From the NCBI GenBank assembly GCA_963702335.1, contig CAVPCC010000016.1, forward strand, positions 49,528-113,527: 64,000 nucleotides of DNA. Direction: 5' to 3'. The notes under the pieces are model-generated. The model was not told the DNA's origin. It saw only the letters and a list, made by a program, of their open reading frames with translations, and ran no database searches. Numbering within the stretch: the stretch's first letter is position 1; each line of letters opens with the position of its first letter. Shown here in pieces: positions 1 through 8,830 of the stretch. The position numbers and the translations under genes were made by a program. This DNA comes from Vulcanimicrobiota bacterium. Its GTDB lineage: Bacteria; Vulcanimicrobiota; Vulcanimicrobiia; Vulcanimicrobiales; Vulcanimicrobiaceae.

Positions 1-494
1 GATAGAGCTGGCACGAAAAGCTTGCCGTTCGCGACGTAAAACTGAAACAGGACGTGACAGGGCGCGAGCGCCATCTTCGGAATCTCCGCGACGTTCCATG
101 CGCTCACGATCAGCCGGCGCGAATCGGGATTGCGCTTGATCTCGTCAAGCACTTGGGCCAGTTGGTCCACGACCGTGCCGTCCGGTGCCGCCCACGATCG
201 CCACTGCTCGCCGTACACCGGTCCGAGGTTTCCATCGGCGTCAGCCCACTCGTCCCAAATCGTCACGCCGTTATCGCGCAGATACTGCACGTTCGTCTCG
301 CCGCGCAAAAACCACAACAGTTCGTGCACGATCGATTTGACGTGAAGCCGTTTGGTGGTCACCAGCGGGAAACCCTGATGCAAATCGAAACGCATCTGGT
401 AACCAAAGACGCTGCGCGTTCCGGTTCCGGTGCGGTCGCCTTTTTCGGTTCCGCGCTCGATGATGTCGGAGAGAAATTGCAAGTATTGGCGCAC
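1..494 (-). CDS. thyA: thymidylate synthase, 5' part (3' end off window; apparent 1-nt indel at A-run 16-19)
   Basis: Own minus-strand translation from GTG at 494 gives [38 protein letters not shown]...[37 protein letters not shown]. This is the classical ThyA motif order, including the catalytic Cys (PCH). After GK the expected LSCQLY is readable only one frame over. Confidence 0.9.
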   Translation of the reverse strand, partial: MRQYLQFLSDIIERGTEKGDRTGTGTRSVFGYQMRFDLHQGFPLVTTKRLHVKSIVHELLWFLRGETNVQYLRDNGVTIWDEWADADGNLGPVYGEQWRSWAAPDGTVVDQLAQVLDEIKRNPDSRRLIVSAWNVAEIPKMALAPCHVLFQFYVANGKLFVPAL

Positions 495-547
495 GAATCG
501 ACTCTTCGCTCCAGGGGGCGCGCGGCCTTCGCGGAAATACGTCGTGC

Positions 548-1519
548 ATGAAAATTACGGCCGCATTCTCCTTTCCGGCCGCGGCGGTTGCGGCCGTCCT
601 CTTGAGCGCGTGCAGCGGAGCGAGCGTTCCGGGTTCGCCGGCAGCGGGCGGCGGAACGCAGTGGCGATTGAACGCAGGTGCGTCCGGCCATTCGGCGGCG
701 TTTCAGGGGTTGCAGTTCTATCCGAAGACGATAACCATCGATGCGGGCGACACCGTAACGTGGACGTATGCCGGACCCGAACCGCACACCGTCTCATTCC
801 TGGGCTCGGGGCAAGCAACACCGCCTCCGCCCAGCGATCCGTCGGCACCCCGGCCGGCGGGAGGCGCAACGTATGACGGCAGCACGTACACCAGCTCGGG
901 ATATATCGCCGGCGGCTATTCGTACTCGCTCACCTTCACCAAACCCGGAACGTACGCTTACTACTGTTTGCTGCATCAACCGGAGATGCAAGGGACCGTC
1001 ATTGTGAACGCGGCCGGCGCCGCGTATCCGTACGACGAAGATAGTTATTCGCGCGAAGCCGTGACGCAGAGCAGTGCGGATTTGAACGCGGCTGCAGCGG
1101 CGGTCGCGTCGTTTCCGTATGCGCCCGGCGGCACGCATCTGAGCGCAGGCATAGCCCCGGGTTTGGCCGCCTCGGCACCCGCGAACGAAACCGTCAGCCG
1201 GTTCTTGGCCGACACGAACGTGGATGATTCCACGATTACAATTCCGGCCGGAACGACCGTTTCGTGGACCAATCAATCGAATAACGCGCCGCATACGATC
1301 ACGTTCCCCGCCGCCGGTCAACCGCTGCCCGCGCTCCCCGGCGATCCGTTCACGCCGCCGATGGGCGGCTCAACCTACGACGGAACGCAAGTGACCAACT
1401 CAGGCGTGCTGCAGCCCGGCCAAACGTACAGTTTAACGTTTACCCGAGCCGGGACGTACGTGTACTATTGCCTCTTCCACGACCAAGAGGGCATGCAGGG
1501 CACGATCGTCGTCCAATAG
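548..1519 (+). CDS. lipoprotein with two cupredoxin (type-1 copper) domains
   Basis: ORF track, 323 aa. Signal peptide plus lipobox (LLSAC). Two repeats, each with an upstream His (EPHTVSF, APHTITF) and a Cys-x2-His-x3/4-Met ligand set ([25 protein letters not shown]). Confidence 0.75.
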   Translation: MKITAAFSFPAAAVAAVLLSACSGASVPGSPAAGGGTQWRLNAGASGHSAAFQGLQFYPKTITIDAGDTVTWTYAGPEPHTVSFLGSGQATPPPPSDPSAPRPAGGATYDGSTYTSSGYIAGGYSYSLTFTKPGTYAYYCLLHQPEMQGTVIVNAAGAAYPYDEDSYSREAVTQSSADLNAAAAAVASFPYAPGGTHLSAGIAPGLAASAPANETVSRFLADTNVDDSTITIPAGTTVSWTNQSNNAPHTITFPAAGQPLPALPGDPFTPPMGGSTYDGTQVTNSGVLQPGQTYSLTFTRAGTYVYYCLFHDQEGMQGTIVVQ

Positions 1520-1594
1520 CGCCGGCCCTTGTCGAAATTGGCTTGCGCCGTTCGACGTAGTGATAGAGCACTGCGAATAGGAAAGGAAAATACC

Positions 1595-3280
1595 GTGCGA
1601 TTTGTAGTTTTAGTGAAAGCCACCGAGGCATCGGAATCGGGCGCTCTGCCTAGCCGCGAGCAGCTGGCCGAGATGGGCAAGTTCAACGAACAACTTATTA
1701 AAGACGGCGTGATGCTGGCCGGCGAGGGTCTGCACGCCTCCTCGAAGGGCGCTCGCCTACGCTTCGACCAGGGACGCACCACCGTCACCGACGGCCCGTT
1801 TGCCGAAACGAAAGAACTCGTTGCCGGATTTTGGATTGTCCAGGGCAAGTCGAAGGAAGAAGTCGTAGAGCGTTTCACGCACGCGCCCTTCGACGGCGGA
1901 GCCGAGATCGAAATCCGGCAAATCCACGAGTTTGAAGATCTGGGCGACCTCGTGACTCCCGAACATGCACAAGCAAGAAGGGCGTTTGCCGACCGCAGCG
2001 CGCCTGAGCTTCAGCGCGCGATCGAGGCCGTTTGGCGAATTGAATCGCCGAAACTGATCGCCACGCTTGCGCGCATGCTGCAAGACATCGGCCGCGCCGA
2101 GGATATCGCGCAGGATGCATTTGTTACGGCCCTGGATCAATGGCCGCAGACGGGCATCCCGCGCAATCCCGGCGCATGGCTGATGACGGCCGCTAAACGG
2201 CGCGCGATCGATTTGCTGCGGCGCGAGAAAACGCTGGGCCGCAAGACCGAAGCAATCGGGGCGAATCTGCAGCGGTCGTCCTTCGCCGAGCCTGACGTAG
2301 ACGAGGAGCCCGAGGCCATAGACGATGACGTGCTGCGTCTGATGTTCGTTGCCTGCCACCCGCTGCTGAACGCGGAATCGCGCGTTGCCCTTACGCTGCG
2401 TTTGCTCGGCGGATTGACCGTCGCGGAGATTTCGCGCGCGTTTCTGCTGCCCGAATCGACCATAGCCCAGCGTATCGTCCGGGCAAAACGCACGATTGCT
2501 AAAGCAGGCGTGCCGTTCGAGGTGCCCACCGGCGTGGACCGCGCCGCCCGCGTCGCCACGGTACTAGAAGCGATCTATTTGATTTTCAACGAGGGGTACG
2601 CGGCGACGTCGGGCGACGACGTCTTGCGGCCCGAACTCGTCCAAGACGCGCTGCGCTTAGGGCGTATGCTTGCCGCGCTTATGCCGGAGGAGGCCGAAGC
2701 GCATGCCTTAAGTGCGCTCATGGAACTGCACGCCTCGCGGATGCGTGCGCGCGTGGGGCCATCGGGAGAACCGATCTTGCTTGCCGATCAAGATCGCGGA
2801 CGGTGGAACCATCTGTTCATCGGGCGAGGACTCGAAGCGCTCGGCCGCGCGCAAGCGTTGAACGCCGGCGGCCCATATGCGTTGCAAGCGGCAATTGCGG
2901 CCGAGCACGCGCGCGCCTCAAGCGCCGAACGAACCGATTGGACGCGCATCGCTTCCCTGTACGCGCAGCTCGCCGGCATCATGCCCTCGCCGGTTGTAGA
3001 ATTGAACCGCGCAGTTGCGGTCGGCATGGCGCAGGGACCCGCCGCGGCATTGCCGCTCGTGGAACGGTTGCTGAACGAACCGGCGCTGCGCACGTACCAT
3101 CTGCTGCCTAGCGTGCGCGCGGATTTGCTTTTCAAACTGGATCGTTTCCGGGAAGCCGGTGACGAATTCGAACGCGCCGCACGAATGGCATCAAACGCGC
3201 GCGACCGGGCGCTGCTGCTGGACCGTGCCTCCGCTTGTCGAAATCGCAGGCCCTCCTTCGACGTAAAGAAAAAGGACTAA
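1595..3280 (+). CDS. YCII (DGPF) domain fused in frame to an ECF-type sigma-70 factor with a long C-terminal helical domain
   Basis: GTG at 1595 preceded by AGGAAAGGAAAA. N-terminus VRFVVLVKATE...TDGPFAETKELVAGFWIVQ...EIEIRQIHEFEDLG is YCII-like. It continues without a stop into ELQRAIEAVWRIESPKLIATLARMLQDIGRAEDIAQDAF...NPGAWLMTAAKRRAIDLLRREK (sigma region 2) and LTVAEISRAFLLPESTIAQRIVRAKRTI (region 4 HTH). Confidence 0.75.
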   Translation: MRFVVLVKATEASESGALPSREQLAEMGKFNEQLIKDGVMLAGEGLHASSKGARLRFDQGRTTVTDGPFAETKELVAGFWIVQGKSKEEVVERFTHAPFDGGAEIEIRQIHEFEDLGDLVTPEHAQARRAFADRSAPELQRAIEAVWRIESPKLIATLARMLQDIGRAEDIAQDAFVTALDQWPQTGIPRNPGAWLMTAAKRRAIDLLRREKTLGRKTEAIGANLQRSSFAEPDVDEEPEAIDDDVLRLMFVACHPLLNAESRVALTLRLLGGLTVAEISRAFLLPESTIAQRIVRAKRTIAKAGVPFEVPTGVDRAARVATVLEAIYLIFNEGYAATSGDDVLRPELVQDALRLGRMLAALMPEEAEAHALSALMELHASRMRARVGPSGEPILLADQDRGRWNHLFIGRGLEALGRAQALNAGGPYALQAAIAAEHARASSAERTDWTRIASLYAQLAGIMPSPVVELNRAVAVGMAQGPAAALPLVERLLNEPALRTYHLLPSVRADLLFKLDRFREAGDEFERAARMASNARDRALLLDRASACRNRRPSFDVKKKD

Positions 3281-3283
3281 GCC

Positions 3284-3658
3284 ATGCACATCGTTCGCAT
3301 CGTTGTCCGCGTGCTCATCGGAGCGCTGTTCGTTCTTGGCGGCGTTGCGTCGTTTTTTGCGCCGCCGCCGGAGCCGGGATTGGCCGGTGCGTTTGCGGAT
3401 CTCTTCTACCGCTCGCACTGGGGCCAGATCGTTGGCCTTGCGCAAATCGCGCTGGGCATCTTATTGATTAGCAACCGTTACGTGCCGGTCGCGCTGATTA
3501 TGCTTGCCGCGTTCTTATACAACAGTGTGGCATACCATCTCACGACCTCGCCGATGGTACTGCCCGTTCCGCTTGCGATCGCAGCGCTCGGCGTATGGTT
3601 GGCGTGGCCCTATCGCGGTGCGTTCGCAGCGCTCTTTTCAGCCCGGCCCGTTCAGTAA
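3284..3658 (+). CDS. small polytopic membrane protein (DoxX-like?)
   Basis: ORF track, 124 aa with four hydrophobic segments. Starts 4 nt after the sigma ORF stop. Confidence 0.45.
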   Translation: MHIVRIVVRVLIGALFVLGGVASFFAPPPEPGLAGAFADLFYRSHWGQIVGLAQIALGILLISNRYVPVALIMLAAFLYNSVAYHLTTSPMVLPVPLAIAALGVWLAWPYRGAFAALFSARPVQ

Positions 3659-4076
3659 CCGAAGCGTTCGAACAATCCCAGCAGTGCTAACCGGTCGCCG
3701 CGCGTCACACTGCCGGCAAACGCCTCGGTCACGACCTGCTCCACCGTGGGCGTGGCTTGATCCAGGCGTTCGCGTCCGTGGCCGGTGAGAACAACGTAGC
3801 TTCCGCGGCCGTCGCGCTCGTCGGCGGCGCGCTCGAGCAGCCCGATTTTTTCCAGCGGAATAACCGCGCGGGTGACCCCCGAGGGGCTAAGCATCAGGCG
3901 CTTGGCAAGATCGGCGGCGCGCAGGCGTCCACCCTGGACTGCAGAGACTCGGCCAGGATTTGGAAGTCGGTGAACCCGATGCCGTGCCCGCTTCCGAGCG
4001 GGGCATCCAGACGCCGCCGCAGGGCAGCCTCCGTGCGGGAGAGGCCGATGGCCAGAGCGAGGTTTTCGGTCAGCAT
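3652..4076 (-). CDS. MarR-family transcriptional regulator (frame shift near 3930-3936)
   Basis: N-terminal frame (3894..4076): MLTENLALAIGLSRTEAALRRRLDAPLGSGHGIGFTDFQILAESLQS. C-terminal frame (3652..): GGRLRAADLAKRLMLSPSGVTRAVIPLEKIGLLERAADERDGRGSYVVLTGHGRERL (winged HTH). The two parts are in different frames. Confidence 0.7.
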
Positions 4077-4085
4077 CTCCGCATG

Positions 4086-4116
4086 ATACTTGACTGCTCA
4101 AATACTTGTCAAGTAT
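4086..4116. promoter_or_regulatory. perfect 9-bp inverted repeat ATACTTGAC-N13-GTCAAGTAT, candidate MarR operator
   Basis: Read directly. The arms at 4086-4094 and 4108-4116 are exact reverse complements, 10-40 bp upstream of the MarR start (4076, minus strand), in the MarR/rplM divergent region. Confidence 0.4.
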
Positions 4117-4134
4117 TTTTCCACGTAAAAGCGC

Positions 4135-4163
4135 TTGACGCCGCCTCCGATTTCCCGTAAACT
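4135..4163 (+). promoter_or_regulatory. sigma-70-like promoter for rplM-rpsI (TTGACG-17 nt-TAAACT)
   Basis: TTGACG at 4135-4140 and TAAACT at 4158-4163 with a 17-nt spacer. The -10 element ends only 9 nt before the rplM ATG (4173). Confidence 0.35.
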
Positions 4164-4172
4164 GACCCGGTT

Positions 4173-4598
4173 ATGCGGACCTATCAACAGAAAACCGCCG
4201 AGACCAAACACGATTGGTACATCGTGGACGCGCAAGGCCAGCGCCTGGGCACGTTAGCCGTGCGCATTGCGCGCGCCCTCTCGGGCAAGCACAAACCCAC
4301 CTGGACGCCTCACATCGACGACGGCGACCACGTCGTGGTCATCAATGCCGACAAGGTGGAACTGGGCGGCAACAAATGGGAGAAAAAAGTTTACTACCGG
4401 CACAGCGGCTTTCCGGGCGGCATCAAGGTTGAGACCGCGCAGCAAGTCCGCGAGAAACATCCCGAGCGCCTTATCGAACGGGCCGTTCGCGGCATGCTTC
4501 CCACCAACCGCACGCGCAACGTGCAACTTACTCGTCTCAAAGTCTACACGGGAACGGCTCATCCGCATGAAGCGCAGCAGCCGCAACCGCTCGCGTAG
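4173..4598 (+). CDS. rplM: 50S ribosomal protein L13
   Basis: ORF track, 141 aa: [47 protein letters not shown]...[10 protein letters not shown]. Typical uL13. Confidence 0.97.
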   Translation: MRTYQQKTAETKHDWYIVDAQGQRLGTLAVRIARALSGKHKPTWTPHIDDGDHVVVINADKVELGGNKWEKKVYYRHSGFPGGIKVETAQQVREKHPERLIERAVRGMLPTNRTRNVQLTRLKVYTGTAHPHEAQQPQPLA

Positions 4599-4606
4599 GA
4601 GTATCT

Positions 4607-4996
4607 GTGATCGATAATTTTCAAGGCACCGGCCGCCGTAAGCGCTCCATAGCGCGCGTGCGCATCTCGCTGGGTCAAGGCGTAATCACGATCAACAAGC
4701 GGCCCATCGATGCGTACTTCCCGCGTCAGACGCTGCAGCAGATCGTCCGCCAGCCGCTCGAAGCCACGCAAAGCGTTTCGCGCTTCAACATCGATGTCAA
4801 AGCGGAAGGCGGGGGCCCTTCGGGTCAAGCCGGCGCGGTTCGCCACGGCATCGCCCGCGCGCTTGTTTCGATGGACGAGTCGCTGCGCGAAGTGTTGCGT
4901 AAAGCCGGATTGCTCACGCGCGACCCGCGTGAGAAAGAATCGAAGAAGTACGGCCGCAAGCGCGCCCGCAAACGCTTCCAGTTCAGCAAACGCTAA
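4607..4996 (+). CDS. rpsI: 30S ribosomal protein S9
   Basis: ORF track, 129 aa: [12 protein letters not shown]...[19 protein letters not shown]...[17 protein letters not shown]. Typical uS9 in the conserved rplM-rpsI order. Confidence 0.97.
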   Translation: MIDNFQGTGRRKRSIARVRISLGQGVITINKRPIDAYFPRQTLQQIVRQPLEATQSVSRFNIDVKAEGGGPSGQAGAVRHGIARALVSMDESLREVLRKAGLLTRDPREKESKKYGRKRARKRFQFSKR

Positions 4997-5052
4997 GACG
5001 CACGATAGCGCTCGACGTAGCGCTCGTCCTTGCGGGCATTCTTGCCGCTTCG

Positions 5053-6041
5053 GTGCGGCCGAGCCCGCAATGGGTCGAAGAGTCGTTCTCAAACGGCTAT
5101 TATCCCAAATGGGAGCACCTGTGGAGTTCGTTCACACCGGTGCTCCCTTTTGCTTTGGGTGACGTGATTGCGATCGCCGGGATCCTCGTGCTGCTTGCAG
5201 CGCTGCTGTTCGTGCGGCCATGGTGGCGCGCACTGCTGGGCATCGCGTCACTTGCCGGATTCTTCACGCTCTGGTTCTACGCGGGCTGGGGCTACGGGTA
5301 CGATCGCGCGCCGCTCGAATCGCGAACCGCTTTTTCAGCCGGGCGCGTCAACGCCGCCGCCATCGATACGCTGCGTGCACACGCCATCACGCAGATGAAC
5401 CGCCTGGCGCCAATCGCGCACCGTCTGCATTCAGGCGACGCGTTCGATTGGGAAGTACTGCGCGCGGAGTGGTTGCCGGTTGTGGTGCGCTTGGGCGACC
5501 GCTGGGCGCCGCAGGTTGCTCCCGCAAAGCAAACGCTGGCCGGGGAATTCATGAACCTGAGCGGGACGAGCGGTTTTACCAATCCTTTTTCGCTTGAAAC
5601 GCAGCTCGCACCGGATCTGCTCTGGTTCGAGCGGCCGTTTACGCAGGCGCACGAATGGAGCCATGCAGCCGGATTCAACCGCGAGGATGAAGCCAACTAC
5701 ATCGGCATCGTCGCCTGTCTGCGCGATCGCGATCCGGTCGTGCAATACTCGGGGTGGCTCGAGTCTTCTTGTATCTGCCGCGTCTGAATACGTATCCTAC
5801 GAAGATGTTCTCACCGCAGGTGTGGGCCGATTTCCGCGCCCTAGGGAAACGCAACGCGCACTTTGTAAACCTCGATCTCTCGCGCTTTTCATGGCGCGTC
5901 TACAACTCGTACCTTAAATCGAACCACATCGCCTCGGGCGTGCAGAACTACGACGAGGTAACGCGCTTGCTCGCGGGCATTCCGCTTGACGGCCAAGGGT
6001 TGCCGGTTTTGCCGGCGGCGAACACGGACATGCCGCGGTAA
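5053..6041 (+). CDS. DUF3810-like membrane metallopeptidase-like protein (frame shift near 5757-5765)
   Basis: The 5053..5787 frame has TM segments and TQAHEWSHAAGFNREDEANYIGIVACL...VQYSGWL (HExxH-type motif). The sequence continues in the 5754..6041 frame (LYLPRLNTYPTKMFSPQVWADF...). The N-terminus may extend upstream with no canonical start in frame. Confidence 0.65.
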
Positions 6042-6086
6042 CATTTCCGCCGTATTGCCGTCACAACCGGGCTGTACCGTGAGGAC

Positions 6087-6306
6087 ATGTTCGATGTAGC
6101 AGCCCCCCTACTGTCCGCGCTGCGCCAAGCGCAATCCGATCTCAGCGCTGCGGCGTCCGCCACGGCGCGCTCGCAAACCCCGCTGGGCAGCACGCAGGTT
6201 GACGCTCAAATGGCCTCGGCGGCGCAAGGCGCGGTGTTCACCGAAGCCCTCCTGGCGGCAATGCACGCGCGGCTGGCAGAGATCGAAGAGCGTGGCGCAT
6301 GGATAG
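6087..6306 (+). CDS. very short, divergent FlgB-like rod protein (tentative)
   Basis: First ORF of the cluster (MFDVAAPLLSALRQAQSDLSAAASATARSQTP...). The call rests on position before flgC/fliE and weak resemblance to the FlgB N- and C-termini. The end is uncertain because there is no in-frame stop without a frame shift. Confidence 0.3.
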
Positions 6307-6630
6307 CTTTGCGTTCTGAAAACCTCGGCAAGCGGCATGCGACGCACAGCGCGAGGCGCTGGAGCGTTGAAGCGCGCAACATCGCCGCCGCACAAGCCGC
6401 GGGACCGCGCGGTTCGTATGCGCGCGAGGTTCCGCAGTTCGCACTCTCAGACGACGAGGAAGTTCCGCACATCAGCGTTCACCGGTGCCCTCGTTCAAAA
6501 GAGCACCGGTTCCGACACGCTAACCGAGATGGTAAGCGTGTTGAACGCCTCACGCGCGTACGAGGCCAACGCCGCCGTTTTTGAGATTGGCAAGCAGCTC
6601 GCGCAGCGCACGATAGATATCGGGCCGCGT
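6299..6630 (+). CDS. flgC: FlgC-like proximal rod protein (several frame shifts)
   Basis: ATG at 6299 (MDSFA...). N-terminal pieces lie across three frames (..DAQREALE.., VEARNIAAAQAAGPRGSYAREVPQF). The C-terminus TEMVSVLNASRAYEANAAVFEIGKQLAQRTIDIG matches the conserved FlgC/FlgG C-terminal motif (SRxYEAN). Confidence 0.55.
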
Positions 6631-6896
6631 ATGAGCGTGGAACCGCTGATCCCCGATATTGCACCGCAACCGGTGCCTGCAACTGCAAGAGCAACGCCTT
6701 TGCGGGATTGCTCGACGATCTGGTTCCCGTGCTCGGAAATGCCGAGCGCGCAGAGGACCGTTTTGCGGCGGGCGCGGGCGACTTGCAAAGCGCCGTCTAC
6801 GAGCGCGCGCAGGCAGACGTCGCGCTTTCGGTTGCCACAGCCGCGGCGCAGCGCGGCGCGCAGGCACTGCAATCCGTCCTGAACATGGCGGTGTAG
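6631..6896 (+). CDS. fliE: flagellar hook-basal body complex protein FliE (frame shift near 6690-6697)
   Basis: ATG at 6631 (MSVEPLIPDI...). The C-terminal frame reads FAGLLDDLVPVLGNAERAEDRFAAGAGDLQSAVYERAQADVALSVATAAAQRGAQALQSVLNMAV, a typical FliE C-terminus. It lies between flgC and fliF. Confidence 0.65.
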
Positions 6897-6899
6897 CGC

Positions 6900-8555
6900 G
6901 TGGACGTCGCCGCGCTCCTGCGCCGCTGGCAAACCCTCCCGGGCAGGACGCGCACCGTTGCTGCCGGCGCCGCCTCATTGGCGATTGCTGCAAGCGTTTT
7001 GCTGGCCGTCTTTGCGCATCCATCACGCACGGCGCTCTTCATTGCGCCGCTCCATGCCGAGCAACTTGCCGAGGTGCAGGAGCGCTTAGCATCGTGGAAC
7101 GTTGCCTTTTCGCCAACCGCCGACAACGTCGTGGTCGATGCATCGAAGCGCAACGAGCTGCTGCTGCGGTTATCGATGGCCGGCGTTCCGCACGCGCACG
7201 TGGATACGTCGGGCGAGTTGCTCGGAAAGTTGGGCGCGCTTACGCCGCAAGCGGTGATTGACGAGCAGACGCGTGACGGTTTGGCGGGCGATATCGAACT
7301 TGCGCTACGCGGGATCGACGGCGTTCAAGATGCGCGCGTCATCGTTGCGCCGGCAAAGGCCGGGGATTTTGCCGATGAAAGCAGCGCGCAAGCCAGCGCA
7401 AGCGTGCGCCTGAGGATGATCGACGGCGCGCGTCTTTCCGGCGACGCTGTTGCCGGGGTGCGCGCTTTTGTCGCGGCAAGCGTGGCCGGCCTGGATGCGA
7501 AGAACGTGACGATTTTGGACGACCGGGGGATTGCGCTCGAGGAAACGCCGGGCAGCGATCAAGGTGGGGAATTGCAGCGATCCCTGCAGTCCGCGCTGGA
7601 CGATGCACTTGGCAACGGCGCAGCAATCGTGCGCGTGCACGTTGAGTACGACCGGCGCACCATCACCAGCAAAGATGTGCGGCGCACGCCGGTCTCCGCA
7701 TTGCCGATCGCCGCGCAAACACAGGAAGAACGCTTCGCCGGCGGTGGAAAACGTTACGATAAGTCGGCGCAGCAACTGGATCGCGGCAGCGAGACGCACG
7801 AGTCCCTTGCAACCACTGCAGGCGCGCGGCCTTCGCGAATCACCGCCGCGGTTTTGGTAGATGCTGCGCGGGTGACCGATTTGCTGCAGGTGCGTGCCTT
7901 GGCCGACGCCACGCTCGGCATTGAGCAAAGCCGTGGCGATACGGTCGAGGTAGAAGCCGTCAATTTTGCCCACGCCGCCGTTGCTAGAAAGGACGGCTGG
8001 TGGCTCGCGTACGGCGCGCTGGTTCCGCTGTTGCCGACGCTCGTGCTTACCGTTGCCGCACTGGTGGCCCTTGGATGGGCGCGCGAACCGCTCGCGCAGC
8101 TGTTGAAAGCCTGTACGGAGCGAGCGTTCATCGCGCGCACCGCGCAAGCGGCACACGGCATCGCACCCGATAGGGTGCGCAGCGTGCTTGCGAACGAACC
8201 CCCCCACGCCGCGGCGGCGATCATCAGCGCACTTCCGGCGGCAACGGCAGCCGCGGTGTTAGACCTGTATCCCGAGCACGAACGTGCGGCGATCGTTCGC
8301 CGCATGCAGTGCGAGGTTTCCCCGCTCGTGCCCGATGCGCGGGAGATTCATTGCAAACGCCTGAAGGGTTCCGCAGTTTTGCGCAGTTGCTCGCACCGGC
8401 AGCGCCGGTTGCGCAATCGCCGCTTTGTGAAAAACTGCCGGACCCGGTTCCCGAGCCGCAGATCTTGGAGTCGCAGGCGGCATGCGCTCGCAGCGCCCGT
8501 TTGTTTCATGCGCGCCTTGAGGATGCGCTGCGGTCGGCGTACCGCATGCTGCTGA
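6900..8555 (+). CDS. fliF: FliF/SctJ-family MS-ring protein with a FliG-like C-terminal extension; the true end is probably near 8360
   Basis: ORF track, 551 aa. N-terminal TM, then LFIAPLHAEQLAEVQERLASWNVAFSPTADNVVVDASKRNELLLRLSMAGVP (FliF/YscJ signature), and a second TM WWLAYGALVPLLPTLVLTVAALVALGW. The tail ANEPPHAAAAIISALPAATAAAVLDLYPEHERAAIVRRM resembles FliG N-terminal / MgtE-N helices. The last ~65 codons overlap fliH and look non-coding. Confidence 0.8.
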   Translation: MDVAALLRRWQTLPGRTRTVAAGAASLAIAASVLLAVFAHPSRTALFIAPLHAEQLAEVQERLASWNVAFSPTADNVVVDASKRNELLLRLSMAGVPHAHVDTSGELLGKLGALTPQAVIDEQTRDGLAGDIELALRGIDGVQDARVIVAPAKAGDFADESSAQASASVRLRMIDGARLSGDAVAGVRAFVAASVAGLDAKNVTILDDRGIALEETPGSDQGGELQRSLQSALDDALGNGAAIVRVHVEYDRRTITSKDVRRTPVSALPIAAQTQEERFAGGGKRYDKSAQQLDRGSETHESLATTAGARPSRITAAVLVDAARVTDLLQVRALADATLGIEQSRGDTVEVEAVNFAHAAVARKDGWWLAYGALVPLLPTLVLTVAALVALGWAREPLAQLLKACTERAFIARTAQAAHGIAPDRVRSVLANEPPHAAAAIISALPAATAAAVLDLYPEHERAAIVRRMQCEVSPLVPDAREIHCKRLKGSAVLRSCSHRQRRLRNRRFVKNCRTRFPSRRSWSRRRHALAAPVCFMRALRMRCGRRTACC

Positions 8556-8830
8556 ACGACCTCGCCGCGCACGTCCTGGGGCGCGAACTCGAGCTTACGC
8601 CGTGCGAGCTGGAAGCGATCTTGCAGCGGGCCTTACAACACTACGCCGCCGAGGAGCCCGTGCGCCTGCGCGTTCATCCGGAGGATGCGGCCGGGCTGCA
8701 ATGCACCGTTCCCGTTGTGCCGGACGAAACGCTTGCGCGCGGCGATGCGCTGCTGGAACTGCGCACCGGCGAGATCGACGCCTCCCTTGGCGCGCGCCTG
8801 GCGCGCGTGCTGCGCGACTTACAGCAATGA
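8309..8830 (+). CDS. fliH: FliH/SctL-like export ATPase regulator
   Basis: ORF track. C-terminus VRLRVHPEDAAGLQCTVPVVPDETLARGDALLELRTGEIDASLGARLARVLRDL has the FliH pattern. The stop overlaps the fliI ATG (ATGA). An alternative TTG start lies at 8351. Confidence 0.6.
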   Translation: MRGFPARARCAGDSLQTPEGFRSFAQLLAPAAPVAQSPLCEKLPDPVPEPQILESQAACARSARLFHARLEDALRSAYRMLLNDLAAHVLGRELELTPCELEAILQRALQHYAAEEPVRLRVHPEDAAGLQCTVPVVPDETLARGDALLELRTGEIDASLGARLARVLRDLQQ

